Assembly (NCBI GenBank): GCA_018712805.1
Contig: DVGI01000020.1
Coordinates: forward strand, 51,725-115,724
Direction of reading: 5' to 3'
Length of the DNA stretch: 64,000 nucleotides
Origin: Candidatus Fimenecus excrementavium
GTDB lineage: Bacteria; Bacillota; Clostridia; Oscillospirales; Acutalibacteraceae
This document shows, in pieces, positions 18,319 to 28,584 of this stretch. How positions within the stretch are numbered: position 1 is the first letter of the stretch; each line of letters opens with the position of its first letter. A model generated the notes under the pieces. It did not search any database. It was not told where the DNA came from and worked only from the letters and a program-made list of their open reading frames with translations. A program made the translations under genes and the position numbers.

Positions 18319-18346
18319 ATTGTATGAAATTATTTTCCTTTGTCAA
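18319..18346 (-). promoter_or_regulatory. Promoter candidate for acpP-proS
   Basis: Minus strand: TTGACA, 16 nt, TACAAT, directly after the stop of the upstream gene. Confidence 0.45.
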
Positions 18347-18354
18347 TATCCTTT

Positions 18355-19881
18355 TCAAAATTCCCCGCAAAATTGTTGCAGCGGCGAAAGGTCCAAGCCC
18401 TCTGCGTCCGACAGCCACGCAAGCAGCGTCCGCGCGATTTTTAAAAGCACGCCTCTAATATCGCAGGCAAAATTGATCGGAATCACCGGGTCGTGGACGC
18501 TCAAACGGAAAATGAAAAAGCCTTTTATGTCTTCGGCGTCAAAAATGATTTTGGTGCCTTCATAGCTGTCGGTTGCTATGCGGACATCGTTTTCCCCGGT
18601 TGCCTTTTCTTCGACGAACTGGATTAAGCGTTCCCCGCGTGCGTGAAAATCCGGGTCGGTGATTTTGAGGCGGATTTCCGCTTCTTCGGCAGGCGCGCGC
18701 AGGTCGGCGATTAAGTCGGAAAGCGTTTTGCCCTCGCGTTTTAAAAGGCAAAGCTTAATAATGATGCGCGTGACAAGATAGGCGCCGTCGTCCAGATAAT
18801 AATTTTCGCGAAACGCCGCGTGGCCGGAGGTTTCAATCGCAAGGGGCGTGTTCTCCCCGAGGGATTGCCGGCGTTCGGCTTCGTCTATGACATTTTTATA
18901 GCCGCGTTTAAAGCGGATATGGTGCCCGCCGAGCGTCTGCTCAATGAAATCCGTAAGCCCCGCCCAGGTCACGGAATCGGTCACCACACAGCCGCCGGGG
19001 TTTTCTTCAAGCGCAATGGAAGCCGCCACGGCGACCAGCCGGTTGCGGTTGAGTTCTTCGCCGTCCGCGGTGACCGCGCCGCCGCGGTCCACATCGGTGT
19101 CGAAAATCACGCCGAGGTCCGCGTGCGCACGTAAAGTTGCCGCGCGAATGCTATCCATTGCCTGTTTGTTTTCCGGGTTCGGAATGTGGTTCGGGAACAT
19201 GCCGTCCGGCTCTAAAAAGCAGCTGCCGGTTGTGTCCGCGCCGAGCGGCGAGAGCACCCGGTCGGCGTAAAAGCCGCCCACGCCGTTGCCGGCGTCCACC
19301 ACGATTTTTAAGCCCTTTAACGGGTGGTCATAATCGTCGGAGCTGTTCACCCCTTGACAAATTAAATCGCGCAGGTGCGCGCAGTAGGTCGAAAGATAGT
19401 CCATCGGCGTTGCTTTGATTTCCCCGGAAAAGTCCGCCGGCGGTGTTTTTTCGGCGTCTTCCAAAATCGCCGTAATCTCCGCGCCGGAAAGCCCGCCTTC
19501 GGGGGTAAAGAATTTCAAGCCGTTTCTGTCCCACGGGTGGTGGCTCGCGGTAATCTGCACCGCGCCGTCGCAGGATTCGGTTTTTGTCGTCATGAACATC
19601 GCGGGTGTCGAGCAAAGCCCGCAGTCCAAAATCTGCACGCCGGCTGCGGTCAGTTCCAAAAGTACCGCCCGGCAGATGCGTTCGGCGGAAACGCGGGAAT
19701 CGTGCCCGACCGAAAGCAATAAAGACGAAACCGGCTTGCCCTGTTTTTTCGCAAGGAAGCGGGCAAACGCGCCGGAAATGCGGCGGACCGCTTCGTCGGT
19801 CAAATCGATCTGCGCGGGATTTTCAGGGTTGACCGCCGTGCCGCGGACATCGGTTCCGCTTTTTAAGTGCAGGAGTTTCAT
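18355..19881 (-). CDS. Phosphoglucomutase/phosphomannomutase-family enzyme
   Basis: 508 aa; phosphoserine loop ITASHHPWDRNGLKFF; metal loop FDTDVDRGGAV. Confidence 0.85.
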   Translation of the reverse strand: MKLLHLKSGTDVRGTAVNPENPAQIDLTDEAVRRISGAFARFLAKKQGKPVSSLLLSVGHDSRVSAERICRAVLLELTAAGVQILDCGLCSTPAMFMTTKTESCDGAVQITASHHPWDRNGLKFFTPEGGLSGAEITAILEDAEKTPPADFSGEIKATPMDYLSTYCAHLRDLICQGVNSSDDYDHPLKGLKIVVDAGNGVGGFYADRVLSPLGADTTGSCFLEPDGMFPNHIPNPENKQAMDSIRAATLRAHADLGVIFDTDVDRGGAVTADGEELNRNRLVAVAASIALEENPGGCVVTDSVTWAGLTDFIEQTLGGHHIRFKRGYKNVIDEAERRQSLGENTPLAIETSGHAAFRENYYLDDGAYLVTRIIIKLCLLKREGKTLSDLIADLRAPAEEAEIRLKITDPDFHARGERLIQFVEEKATGENDVRIATDSYEGTKIIFDAEDIKGFFIFRLSVHDPVIPINFACDIRGVLLKIARTLLAWLSDAEGLDLSPLQQFCGEF

Positions 19882-21155
19882 AACAATCCTCTCCTTTGCA
19901 GTTCTTCTGCGGCGAGGGTCACCCCGACTTTGCCGCTGTGGAAATTAAGCCCGCCCTGCATCCAAACCGCATACGGTTCGCGAAGCGGCGCGTCGCCCGA
20001 AAGCTCAATTGATGAGCCGCCCGTAAACGCCCCGGCGGACATAATGACTTGGTTGTCATAGCCCGGCATATCCCAAGGCTCGGGCGTGACGTAAGAATCC
20101 ACCGGCGCGCCTTTCTGCATGCCTTGGCAAAAAGCGATGAGCCGGTCGGCATTTTCAAGGCAAATCGCCTGAATAATATCGTGCCGCGTCTCTTCGACGG
20201 TCGGGGTTACTTGAAAGCCGAGTTGTGAAAACAGCGCGGCGGCATACACCGCGGTTTTCAGCGCTTCGCCCACGACGTGCGGCGCGTGGAAAAGCCCCAT
20301 ATAAAGGCTTCGGTTCTGACCCAATGTCGCGCCGACTTCTAATCCCAGTCCCGGCGTCGTCAGGCGGCAGGCGCAAAACTCCACAAGGTCCGCGCGGCCG
20401 GCTATGTATCCGCCCGAAGCGGCAATCCCGCCGCCGGCGTTTTTGATTAACGAACCGGCAATGAGGTCTGCGCCGACCTCGGTCGGTTCGCGTTTTTCGG
20501 TAAATTCCCCGTAGCAGTTATCAACCATCACCACCGCACGGGGGTTGACGCGGTGCACAATCTCGCACACGCGACCGATTTCGTCGACCGAAAGGCTGTG
20601 GCGCAACGAATAGCCGCGCGAACGTTGCAAATACACCATGCGCACATCCGGCTTTGCCGCCGCTTTCTCGATTGCGTCATAATCCAATTGGTCGTCGGCG
20701 GTTAAATCAATTTGACTGTAAGAAACGCCGAAATCCAAAAGCGTGCCTTTGCCTTTGCTTTTGCCATGGTCGATGCCGATGGTCGAATGAATGGTATCGT
20801 AAGGCGTGCCGCTGACGCACAAAAGCGTGTCGCCCGGCCGCAAAACGCCATAAAGGCACACCGAAAGCGTGTGCGTCCCGCAGGAGAGCATCCCCGCGCG
20901 GATAATCGCCTTTTCTGCATCGAAAATATCGGCGCAAAGTTCGTCTAACTTTTCTCTGCCGCGGTCGTTGTAGCCGTAGCCGGTGGTCGTTCCGAAATCC
21001 GCTTCGTCCACACGGTTGCGAATAAACGCCGCAAGCACCTTTTGCTGGTTATATTCTGTGATTTCCTCAATCTGCCGGAAGGCGGGCTTTGCCTCTTTTA
21101 ACGCTTTTTCGGAAGCGCTTTGCACCTTTTCCGACACTGAAAAAAATGTACTCAT
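19878..21155 (-). CDS. PLP-dependent YnbB / aluminium-resistance-protein family (Met gamma-lyase-like)
   Basis: 425 aa; N-terminus ...IEEITEYNQQKVLAAFIRNRVDEADFGTTTGYGYNDRGREKLDEL is typical of this family as I remember it. Confidence 0.8.
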   Translation of the reverse strand: MSTFFSVSEKVQSASEKALKEAKPAFRQIEEITEYNQQKVLAAFIRNRVDEADFGTTTGYGYNDRGREKLDELCADIFDAEKAIIRAGMLSCGTHTLSVCLYGVLRPGDTLLCVSGTPYDTIHSTIGIDHGKSKGKGTLLDFGVSYSQIDLTADDQLDYDAIEKAAAKPDVRMVYLQRSRGYSLRHSLSVDEIGRVCEIVHRVNPRAVVMVDNCYGEFTEKREPTEVGADLIAGSLIKNAGGGIAASGGYIAGRADLVEFCACRLTTPGLGLEVGATLGQNRSLYMGLFHAPHVVGEALKTAVYAAALFSQLGFQVTPTVEETRHDIIQAICLENADRLIAFCQGMQKGAPVDSYVTPEPWDMPGYDNQVIMSAGAFTGGSSIELSGDAPLREPYAVWMQGGLNFHSGKVGVTLAAEELQRRGLL

Positions 21156-21955
21156 AGTTCTACAATTCCCAATTCCACCGAGCCTTGCCGCGCAAAACCC
21201 GATTTTTGATAAAACCGCTCTGTTTTCAAATCGTCACAAAGCAGGAAAATTTGATTGTCCGCCTGTTTCAAGTCGGCGCAAAGCCCGCGGACGCAATCTG
21301 AGCCGTAGCCCATTTTGCGGTAGTCGCGGTCAGTCGCCACGTCGCGGATATAGACATATTGCCCAAGCGTGTCGGCAATCGCCGCGGAAAGCAGAGAATT
21401 TTCAGCGGCGTAAACCGCCTTGACCGCCGTGTAGCCGCCGAGCATCCCGCGGCTTGTTCGTGAGAGCCACTCCTGAAACGCGCGTTCGCTGTATTTCCGA
21501 AACTGGGCACTGTCCCCCGCCGCTGCGCGTGCAGACTGCGTCAGCAAATCAAATACGGGACGAAGCGCGTTTGTATCGGTCACGCTGACCGCTGCTTTGC
21601 CCGGTTCGGGCGTTTCGGAAAGCACCATAAAGCTGTGGCGCGAAAACGGCGTGACGCCCAAGCGCGCGGTATAATCCGGCACGCAGTGAATCACAAGCCC
21701 GCCCAAATGCCGTAAAAACAGCGCGAGCTCTTCAAAATCGGCGTTTTCCCCGACGCTCACATACGCCTTGGTCTGGTCCTTCTGCACGACCAGCGCCGTG
21801 ACCTGTTCTTGTTCGTCGCTTTGCACCCACGCGCCGTCCACCGCGCACCAATCCAAAAGGGCAAACAGCGTAAACGCGGTCATCAAACTCTGCGGCAGGA
21901 CGCCCAGTAACTGCTCGGCGGTTTGGGCGTTTATATTCTCAATCCGCCGGAGCAT
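21152..21955 (-). CDS. GNAT-family N-acetyltransferase (C-terminal domain) with an unknown N-terminal domain
   Basis: Start chosen at MLRRIENINAQ (267 aa) so that it overlaps the upstream gene by only 17 nt. Acetyl-CoA motif YVYIRDVATDRDYRKMGYGS...FYQKSGF. Confidence 0.7.
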   Translation of the reverse strand: MLRRIENINAQTAEQLLGVLPQSLMTAFTLFALLDWCAVDGAWVQSDEQEQVTALVVQKDQTKAYVSVGENADFEELALFLRHLGGLVIHCVPDYTARLGVTPFSRHSFMVLSETPEPGKAAVSVTDTNALRPVFDLLTQSARAAAGDSAQFRKYSERAFQEWLSRTSRGMLGGYTAVKAVYAAENSLLSAAIADTLGQYVYIRDVATDRDYRKMGYGSDCVRGLCADLKQADNQIFLLCDDLKTERFYQKSGFARQGSVELGIVEL

Positions 21956-22958
21956 CGCAAAACGCCTCCGCCAAACGCTCAACCAGCGCCGCGACGCAGT
22001 CAATATCGGACTTTTTCGCCACGCACGCGGGAGAATGGATATAGCGGCAAGGGACGGACACCGCAAGGGTGCGCACCCCGCCGGCTGCCTTATGAATGGC
22101 AGACGCATCGTTGCCGCCGGCAATCATCGTCTTGGTTTGACAGGCGATTCCGTTTTCGCGCGCCAACTCGAACGCCTGTTTATAAAGCGCGCGGTCATAA
22201 ACCGTGCCGCGGTCCATAAAGCCGACCACAGCGCCCGCGCCTAACTTACAAACCTGTTTGTAATTTGGCGTGTCGGGCAAATCCGCCGCCGTCGTGCTTT
22301 CAATTACTATCGCGTAATCGGGCGCAATCCGCGCTGCTGCCGCCGTCGCGCCGCGCGTGCCGATTTCTTCCTGCACGGTAAAGCAGAACGTCATGTCAAA
22401 CGGCAAATCTTTTTTGAGCATTTCGAGCATAATCAGATTGCCCACGCGGTCGTCGAGCGCCTTGCTTTTTACAAAGCCGTCGCCGAATTCGACATATTCC
22501 GAATCAAAATAGGCGTTGTCGCCGAGTGAAACGAGCCGTTCCGCGTCTTTTTTATCCGCCGCACCGATGTCAATCAACATGTTTTCCGCTTCGGGGACGG
22601 TGTCTTTTTCGCCTTTTGTCAGCTGATGAATGGCTTTTCCGCCAATCACGCCCGGCAAAGCGGACGGACCGACTTTCACGCGTTTGCCGAACAGCACGCG
22701 CGAATCAATCCCGCCGACCGGCGCAAATTTCAAATAGCCTTCGTCTGTAATATAAGTGATAATCAGCGCGACTTCATCCATATGCGACGCAAGCATCACA
22801 CGGTTTTTCGGACGGCGTTTCCCTTTCTTTTTCACAATCAGGCTGCCTAAGGGGTCGACAAAATATTCGACCTCTTTCGGCAAATGCGCAATCAGATAGT
22901 CGCGCACGGCTTCTTCTCTCCCGGAGGTCGCATTTAAAGCGCAAAGGTCTTTTAACAT
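21939..22958 (-). CDS. M42-family metallopeptidase (FrvX/CelM-like)
   Basis: 339 aa; ...ALNATSGREEAVRDYL...LASHMDEVAL...; tandem paralog of the next gene. Confidence 0.85.
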   Translation of the reverse strand: MLKDLCALNATSGREEAVRDYLIAHLPKEVEYFVDPLGSLIVKKKGKRRPKNRVMLASHMDEVALIITYITDEGYLKFAPVGGIDSRVLFGKRVKVGPSALPGVIGGKAIHQLTKGEKDTVPEAENMLIDIGAADKKDAERLVSLGDNAYFDSEYVEFGDGFVKSKALDDRVGNLIMLEMLKKDLPFDMTFCFTVQEEIGTRGATAAAARIAPDYAIVIESTTAADLPDTPNYKQVCKLGAGAVVGFMDRGTVYDRALYKQAFELARENGIACQTKTMIAGGNDASAIHKAAGGVRTLAVSVPCRYIHSPACVAKKSDIDCVAALVERLAEAFCDAPAD

Positions 22959-23971
22959 GCCGCTTCCTCCTTATGCAAAATATATTTCGCGAGCAAAAGC
23001 CCGGTGTTTTCGACGTCGGTTGTGTCGACAACCTCAACGCCGGTGTGCATATAGCGAAGCGGAATAGACAAAAGCCCGCTGCGCATACCGCCCGCCTGGG
23101 GCGTCATGACGTCCACGTTTGTCCCCGTCGAGCCGCTCATGATTTCGCGCTGGCTGGGGATTTGATTTTCCATCGCGACCTCTTCGAGCTGTTCGCTGAT
23201 TTCGCGCGTCAAAGCCGGCGCAAAACCGATCATCGGTCCTTTGCCGAGCACGCCGCAATCCTCGTGTTTCGCGTCCGGGGTATAGGCGAAGCTTACGTCC
23301 ACCGCAATGCATTCTTCGGCGCCCGCGGCAAACGCCGCCGCTTTCGCGCCGCCCTCGGTCGTTTCCTCACGGGTGGAAAATACCACGGTCAAATCTGTTG
23401 TGCTGTTTGCATTTTTCAAAAATTCCAGCGCATACAAAAGCACCGCAAGCCCCGCGCGGTCGTCGAGCGCCGGGGCACTCACCGCGCTGCCGAGCAGTTC
23501 CCGGAAATGATGGCGCAGCAAAATCCGGTCGCCGGGGGTGACAAGCGCTTTCGCCTTTTCTTCAGAAAGCCCGATGTCCACCAAAAGCGACTCCGGCACT
23601 TTGCCTTTGTCCGCGTCGGAAAGCAAATGGGGCGGCGTGCTTGTGATCACGCCGAACAACGGTTCTTTGCCGTATACCACGACTTCTTCGCCGGCAAGCA
23701 CACGCTTGTCCGCACCGCCGCAGGGCGCCGCGCGCAAAAAGCCTTCGGGCGTGATTTCCAAAACCGCAAGCCCGATTTGATCCATATGCGCGTCTAAAAG
23801 CACATGGTATTTGCCGCTGCCTTTCACTTCACAAACGACGTTGCCGAGCTTGTCAAAATGCACTTCGCCGTAAGGCGCAAGCAGCCGCTTCGCCGTTTCC
23901 CGTATTTGCTGTTCATCGCCCGAAGCGCCGGGCGCGGCGGTCAGTTCCCGCAAAATCGCGTTTAGCTCCAC
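22952..23971 (-). CDS. M42-family metallopeptidase (FrvX/CelM-like)
   Basis: 339 aa; ...APGASGDEQQIRE...LDAHMDQIGL... Confidence 0.85.
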   Translation of the reverse strand: MELNAILRELTAAPGASGDEQQIRETAKRLLAPYGEVHFDKLGNVVCEVKGSGKYHVLLDAHMDQIGLAVLEITPEGFLRAAPCGGADKRVLAGEEVVVYGKEPLFGVITSTPPHLLSDADKGKVPESLLVDIGLSEEKAKALVTPGDRILLRHHFRELLGSAVSAPALDDRAGLAVLLYALEFLKNANSTTDLTVVFSTREETTEGGAKAAAFAAGAEECIAVDVSFAYTPDAKHEDCGVLGKGPMIGFAPALTREISEQLEEVAMENQIPSQREIMSGSTGTNVDVMTPQAGGMRSGLLSIPLRYMHTGVEVVDTTDVENTGLLLAKYILHKEEAAC

Positions 23972-23995
23972 CGAAATTCGCTCCTTTTGTTACAC

Positions 23996-25276
23996 TCAGA
24001 TTTCCGTTCCGCCGACGGGACGGATGGAAAGGACATAACAAGCGCCCTCTCCGAACACACTCTCCACAGCCGATTTATAGTCCTCCAGCAAATCCATCGG
24101 CACAAACGCCTGAATGGTGCCGGCAAACCCGCCGCCGTGGACGCGCCACGCGCCGCGTCCTTCCAAAATCTGCTGCGAAATCGCCAGCGCCAGAGACACC
24201 GGCTGTTCCTGCGGCTTTTTCACCGAAAAGACATTCTGGTTATACATATAAGAAGAAAAGCCGCTTTGGAGTATGTATTTCTTAAAGGTTTCAAAGTCGC
24301 CTTTGCGAAGCGCCGCAACCTCTTTCAGCACGCGGTCGTTGTCGGAATAGAAGTGCATCGCACGAAGCACCGCACGGTCGCCGACCTGTTTGCGCAGCGC
24401 CGGAATTTCGGCGTAAAACGCCTCGGGGTTCACTTCGCGCAAAACATTTTTACCGAAATAATGCGCGACGCTTTCCATTTCCTCGCGGATATAGGCGTAT
24501 TCATCGGTCAAATCGGAATGGCTGCCTTTGGTGTCGACAATGCAAAGCGCGTGACCGCAGGCAGCGAAGTCAAATTTCACTTCTTCGATTTCGGGGTTCG
24601 CGGGGTCGTTGAAATCAATCGTTACGAACGAGCCGACCGAGCAGGCGGTCTGGTCCATTAAGCCGCAGGGCTTGCCGAAATATTCATTTTCGGCATACTG
24701 CGCGATTTTGGCTATCGTGACGGCGTCCACCTTGCCGTCGTTGTAAAGATAGTTGAGCATTGTTCCGACAAGCACTTCATAAGCCGCCGACGACGAAAGC
24801 CCGGAGCCGGAAAGCACGCGGGACGCGGTTGCCGCGTCGAAGCCGCCAACCTTATAACCGGCGTTGACAAAGCCTTTGCACACGCCGCGCACCAACGCCG
24901 GAGAACGGCCGGTCTCTTCCGGGTGCACGGACAAATCGGCAATATCCACAACGTCCATGTTATAGCCCTCGGATTTCACGCGGACAATATTCTCTTCATT
25001 TTTCGCCGCCGCGGCAATGGCGTCAAGGTTGATACCGGCCGCGAGCACTCTGCCGTGGTTGTGGTCAGTGTGGTTGCCGCCGACTTCGGTGCGGCCCGGT
25101 GCGGAAAACAGGCGAATGTCGCGGTCGGGCGCGTATAATTCGGCAAAGGTTTCAGCAAGCTTGCAATAGCGCGCATGCTGTGCAGCGACCTCCGAATCGG
25201 TGACATAAACCCGGCGGAAACGGTCGTCGTATTCCCCCGATGTGATTTTTTGTTTCAGTTCGTTTAAGACGGGCAT
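23996..25276 (-). CDS. GHMP kinase, galactokinase family
   Basis: 426 aa; galactokinase-like signature GRTEVGGNHTDHNHG; GHMP ATP motif LSGSGLSSSAAYEV. Confidence 0.8.
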   Translation of the reverse strand: MPVLNELKQKITSGEYDDRFRRVYVTDSEVAAQHARYCKLAETFAELYAPDRDIRLFSAPGRTEVGGNHTDHNHGRVLAAGINLDAIAAAAKNEENIVRVKSEGYNMDVVDIADLSVHPEETGRSPALVRGVCKGFVNAGYKVGGFDAATASRVLSGSGLSSSAAYEVLVGTMLNYLYNDGKVDAVTIAKIAQYAENEYFGKPCGLMDQTACSVGSFVTIDFNDPANPEIEEVKFDFAACGHALCIVDTKGSHSDLTDEYAYIREEMESVAHYFGKNVLREVNPEAFYAEIPALRKQVGDRAVLRAMHFYSDNDRVLKEVAALRKGDFETFKKYILQSGFSSYMYNQNVFSVKKPQEQPVSLALAISQQILEGRGAWRVHGGGFAGTIQAFVPMDLLEDYKSAVESVFGEGACYVLSIRPVGGTEI

Positions 25277-25300
25277 CTTTTGGAACTTCCTTTCCTCTCT

Positions 25301-26041
25301 TTATTTTTTATTGGAATCCTTGCTTTTGGACTTTTCGCTGTAAAATTCAATCATGGCGTTGATGCCGAACACCGAAAGCCCTGAAAGCAGGAGCAAGATG
25401 ACAATCGGCAAAATGAAGGCCATCGAGAACGGGTCGTAGACGTTACGACCGATGAAGCTGTAAGAAATCAGCTTCGGCAAGAAGCCGAGCACGGACAGCA
25501 AAAGGTATTTTTTAAAATCAAACTGCATCGCGCCGTAGACCTGGCTTATTGTGTTAATCGGAAAACTCGGCACAAGCCGGAACGCCAAAAGCAAAACCGT
25601 ATTTGCTTTCATGTCGGCATTCATCACGCGGCGCACGCCCTCGTTTTTCACCAAGAATTTGTGGACGATGCCGCCGCCCAAATGCTTACCCCAAAAATAT
25701 TTAATCGCGGAAAGCAGAGAAAAGCCGACAATGTTAATCAAAATGGCGTAAGGCGTTTGAAACGCCATACCGGCAATCACGCAAATGGCGGAAATCGGCA
25801 AAGGCAAAAACGCTTTGGAAAGATAGATAAGCAAAATCACAAGAATGACGAGCCCTTTATAAGGAATGGTTGCCACCTTGTATTCAAATTCGGCAAGGCG
25901 GCCCATGATGTCGTCATAGTGCGCTAAAAAGGTGGGGTCTTGGAACAACAGCGCCACGCAAAACAACACGGCGGCGAGAATCAGCAGGAAAAAGGCTAAA
26001 AGATTTAACAGCTTTTGCCGGTTCAGCTTTGTGTGTGTCAA
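25301..26041 (-). CDS. TVP38/TMEM64 (VTT/DedA-like) membrane protein
   Basis: 246 aa, multi-TM, TTG start; general resemblance to the family, no catalytic motif. Confidence 0.7.
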   Translation of the reverse strand: MTHTKLNRQKLLNLLAFFLLILAAVLFCVALLFQDPTFLAHYDDIMGRLAEFEYKVATIPYKGLVILVILLIYLSKAFLPLPISAICVIAGMAFQTPYAILINIVGFSLLSAIKYFWGKHLGGGIVHKFLVKNEGVRRVMNADMKANTVLLLAFRLVPSFPINTISQVYGAMQFDFKKYLLLSVLGFLPKLISYSFIGRNVYDPFSMAFILPIVILLLLSGLSVFGINAMIEFYSEKSKSKDSNKK

Positions 26042-26243
26042 GCGCGGTCACCACCTTTCTGCGTAAAAGCCTTGTTTCTATCGCATAACATACCTATTGT
26101 AATTTTATAACAAAACAGGCTCAAGGTCAAACAAAATATTCTCTGCCGGAATTTTTCGCGTTTCGCTGTTATGGTATGAAATTTTGTGATACAATATACC
26201 CATGAACGCGCTTGCGGAATTGTTTTGAAAAAGGAGCAGTTTT

Positions 26244-27200
26244 ATGAACATCGTCATTTTAGACGGCTATACCACCAACCCGGGCGATTTGTCGTGGGAT
26301 TTTTTGCGGCAGTTCGGGGAAGTGACCGTATATGACCGCACGAAGCCCGCAGAAATCGTCGAACGCTGCAAAGACGCGCAAATTGTTGTGATCAACAAAA
26401 CGCCTCTGACCAAAACGGAAATCGACCAAATGCCGAAATTGCAGTTTGTGGCGCTGCTTTCCACCGGCTACAATGTCGTGGACGGTGCTTACTTACGCGA
26501 AAAAGGTATTCCGCTTTCGAATATTCCGTCTTATTCGACGAACGCCGTGGCGCAGTTGGTTTTTGCATTTCTGACCGCATTTTGCAACCGTGTTGCCCAA
26601 CACAGCGACGCTGTTCGCGCAGGCGAGTGGAGCGCGTGTGCGGATTTTTGCTTCTGGAAAGCCCCGCTTACGGAACTTTCGGGCAAGACGCTCGGCATTA
26701 TCGGCTTCGGCAAAATCGGGCAAAAGGTCGCGGACATTGCCGAAGCGTTTGACATGCGGATTTTAGCAAGTTCCGGGCACGAAACCGACCAAAGCCACCG
26801 CAAAAACTTTTCGTGGGCGACAACCGAAGAGATTGCCGAACAGGCGGATTTTATCACACTGCACTGCCCGTTAACCCCGCAGACGCAAGGCCTTGTGAAC
26901 GCGGAATTTTTGGCGCGCTGCAAGAAAACCGCTTATCTTATCAACACGTCCCGCGGGCCGGTTGTAGACGACCGGGCACTTGCTGATGCGCTAAACGCGG
27001 GCCGCATAGCCGGCGCGGGGCTTGACGTGCTTTCAGTCGAGCCGCCGAAATCCGACAACCCCCTGTTAACAGCAAAAAATTGCCTGATTACCCCGCACAT
27101 TGCCTGGGCGGCTTATGAAACCCGCGCACGGTTGTTGGGCATTTTCAAAGAAAATATAAAAGCGTTTTGCGACGGTCACCCGATTCACGTTGTAAACTGA
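26244..27200 (+). CDS. D-isomer-specific 2-hydroxyacid dehydrogenase (glycerate dehydrogenase/hydroxypyruvate reductase-like)
   Basis: 318 aa; NAD fold GKTLGIIGFGKIGQKVA; ...NTSRGPVVD...TPHIAWA; AAGGAG SD. Confidence 0.9.
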   Translation: MNIVILDGYTTNPGDLSWDFLRQFGEVTVYDRTKPAEIVERCKDAQIVVINKTPLTKTEIDQMPKLQFVALLSTGYNVVDGAYLREKGIPLSNIPSYSTNAVAQLVFAFLTAFCNRVAQHSDAVRAGEWSACADFCFWKAPLTELSGKTLGIIGFGKIGQKVADIAEAFDMRILASSGHETDQSHRKNFSWATTEEIAEQADFITLHCPLTPQTQGLVNAEFLARCKKTAYLINTSRGPVVDDRALADALNAGRIAGAGLDVLSVEPPKSDNPLLTAKNCLITPHIAWAAYETRARLLGIFKENIKAFCDGHPIHVVN

Positions 27201-27250
27201 AGCAGAACATGCTTCCGAATCTTTTGCTCTGTAAAAAATAAAGCGAACAA

Positions 27251-27283
27251 AAAGCCCTCCCAAAAACGGGAGGGCTTTTTTAT
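27251..27283. terminator. Bidirectional rho-independent terminator between convergent genes
   Basis: AAAGCCCTCCC-6 nt-GGGAGGGCTTT, flanked by an A-run and a T-run. Confidence 0.8.
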
Positions 27284-27303
27284 GGGATTCAAAACAGGTT
27301 TTA

Positions 27304-28533
27304 TCAGAATGTATACGTATTCACTGTCTGCGTGGTTGCCGCGCCGATAATCTGAACCGTGTTGGTTCTGACGGTGAATTTGCTATATGCCTGATACTGA
27401 TAGCTCAAAGTCTTCAGCGTGCCGGTCAACGGGTCGACCTGGAACGTAACGGCAATGTTGCTGTATTTCATTTCAAGGTCGGTCAGTTTCAGAATTTCAA
27501 AGCTGGCCTGGTTGAGTGCCAAACTGTTCTTAATAGAATCCGCTACTTCGTTCTGCACCAAATAGTCGTTGGTGAAACGGGTCAAGCCGCAATCTGCGCG
27601 TCTGTTCGGATTGTCCACATTTTTAAGAAGAACGGTATATTTACCGGTTTCGGGGTCCTGGTTGACAATCTGAATGTCATCCGCGGTAAGTTGGGTGGTC
27701 ATCAGCGCATAATTCTTGGTCGCTGCATTGAGCGTGCCCGCCGTTACCAAATCGTCCGCCGTCTGACCGGCCGGAACACTCGCTGCCACAGCGGCGTTCG
27801 CACCGTTGAATTCGCCGACAACGGTGTCTAAAGTCATACCGTTGCCAAGAGAACCGAGAAGCTGGTTGATGGTATCGGTCTGCGCGCCAATGCTGGCGTG
27901 ACCGTCATCGGTGTACTGGGCAGATCTCGTGAAACTGTAAGCCTCTTTGAAGTTGTTAATCTTTGCCGTGCCTTTGTTCAGCAAGTCAACAATCGCCTGG
28001 CGGTCAGCCTGAGAACCAACGTTCGTACCGTCCGCAAACGGATATTCCGTCGCATCATGAGAAATCGTCGGTTTGCCGGTGATGGAGGCCTCTAACTGAT
28101 CGACAAATGCAAGCAGGGATTCTTTCGCGGTCTGAATGCCGCCGACTGCGGCTACGCCGAGACCGTTGAGGTCCAGTTTGCCCGCGATAGAACCGAGGTC
28201 AATACCGCCGAGCATCCCCAAAATAGAATCCAAAATACCGCCGCCTTCATCGGAAGACGTGTCTGTTGAAGTGCCGGTGGACGGGGTGGTTGTATCGGTG
28301 GAGGGAGTGGTTGTGTCATCGGTACTTGTGCCGCCGTTGTTGACAACTGTCTGCACCGTGTTCGGGTAAACCGGAACTTTCTTCGGGCCGCCTTTAGACG
28401 CAACGCCGTACATAGCGGCAGTCAGCGCCACAGCCAACACGATTGCGCAGAAGCGAACCCAGCCACGCTGTGTCTTTGCCTTTTTTGCCTGAAGTTCTTC
28501 AAGCGTAAGATCGGCTTTTTTCTTTTTCGCCAT
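27304..28533 (-). CDS. Membrane-anchored protein, unknown family (paralog 1 of 3, longest)
   Basis: 409 aa. MAKKKKADLTLEELQAKKAKTQRGW, then a TM, a T/S/P/G-rich linker and a C-terminal domain ending NTYTF. Shares ...TRFTNDYLVQNEVADSIK... with its paralogs. Confidence 0.75.
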   Translation of the reverse strand: MAKKKKADLTLEELQAKKAKTQRGWVRFCAIVLAVALTAAMYGVASKGGPKKVPVYPNTVQTVVNNGGTSTDDTTTPSTDTTTPSTGTSTDTSSDEGGGILDSILGMLGGIDLGSIAGKLDLNGLGVAAVGGIQTAKESLLAFVDQLEASITGKPTISHDATEYPFADGTNVGSQADRQAIVDLLNKGTAKINNFKEAYSFTRSAQYTDDGHASIGAQTDTINQLLGSLGNGMTLDTVVGEFNGANAAVAASVPAGQTADDLVTAGTLNAATKNYALMTTQLTADDIQIVNQDPETGKYTVLLKNVDNPNRRADCGLTRFTNDYLVQNEVADSIKNSLALNQASFEILKLTDLEMKYSNIAVTFQVDPLTGTLKTLSYQYQAYSKFTVRTNTVQIIGAATTQTVNTYTF

Positions 28534-28584
28534 AATGCTCTTCCTTTCGTTGGTTATCGGTTATTCCGTGCGCAAGAGCAGGAA

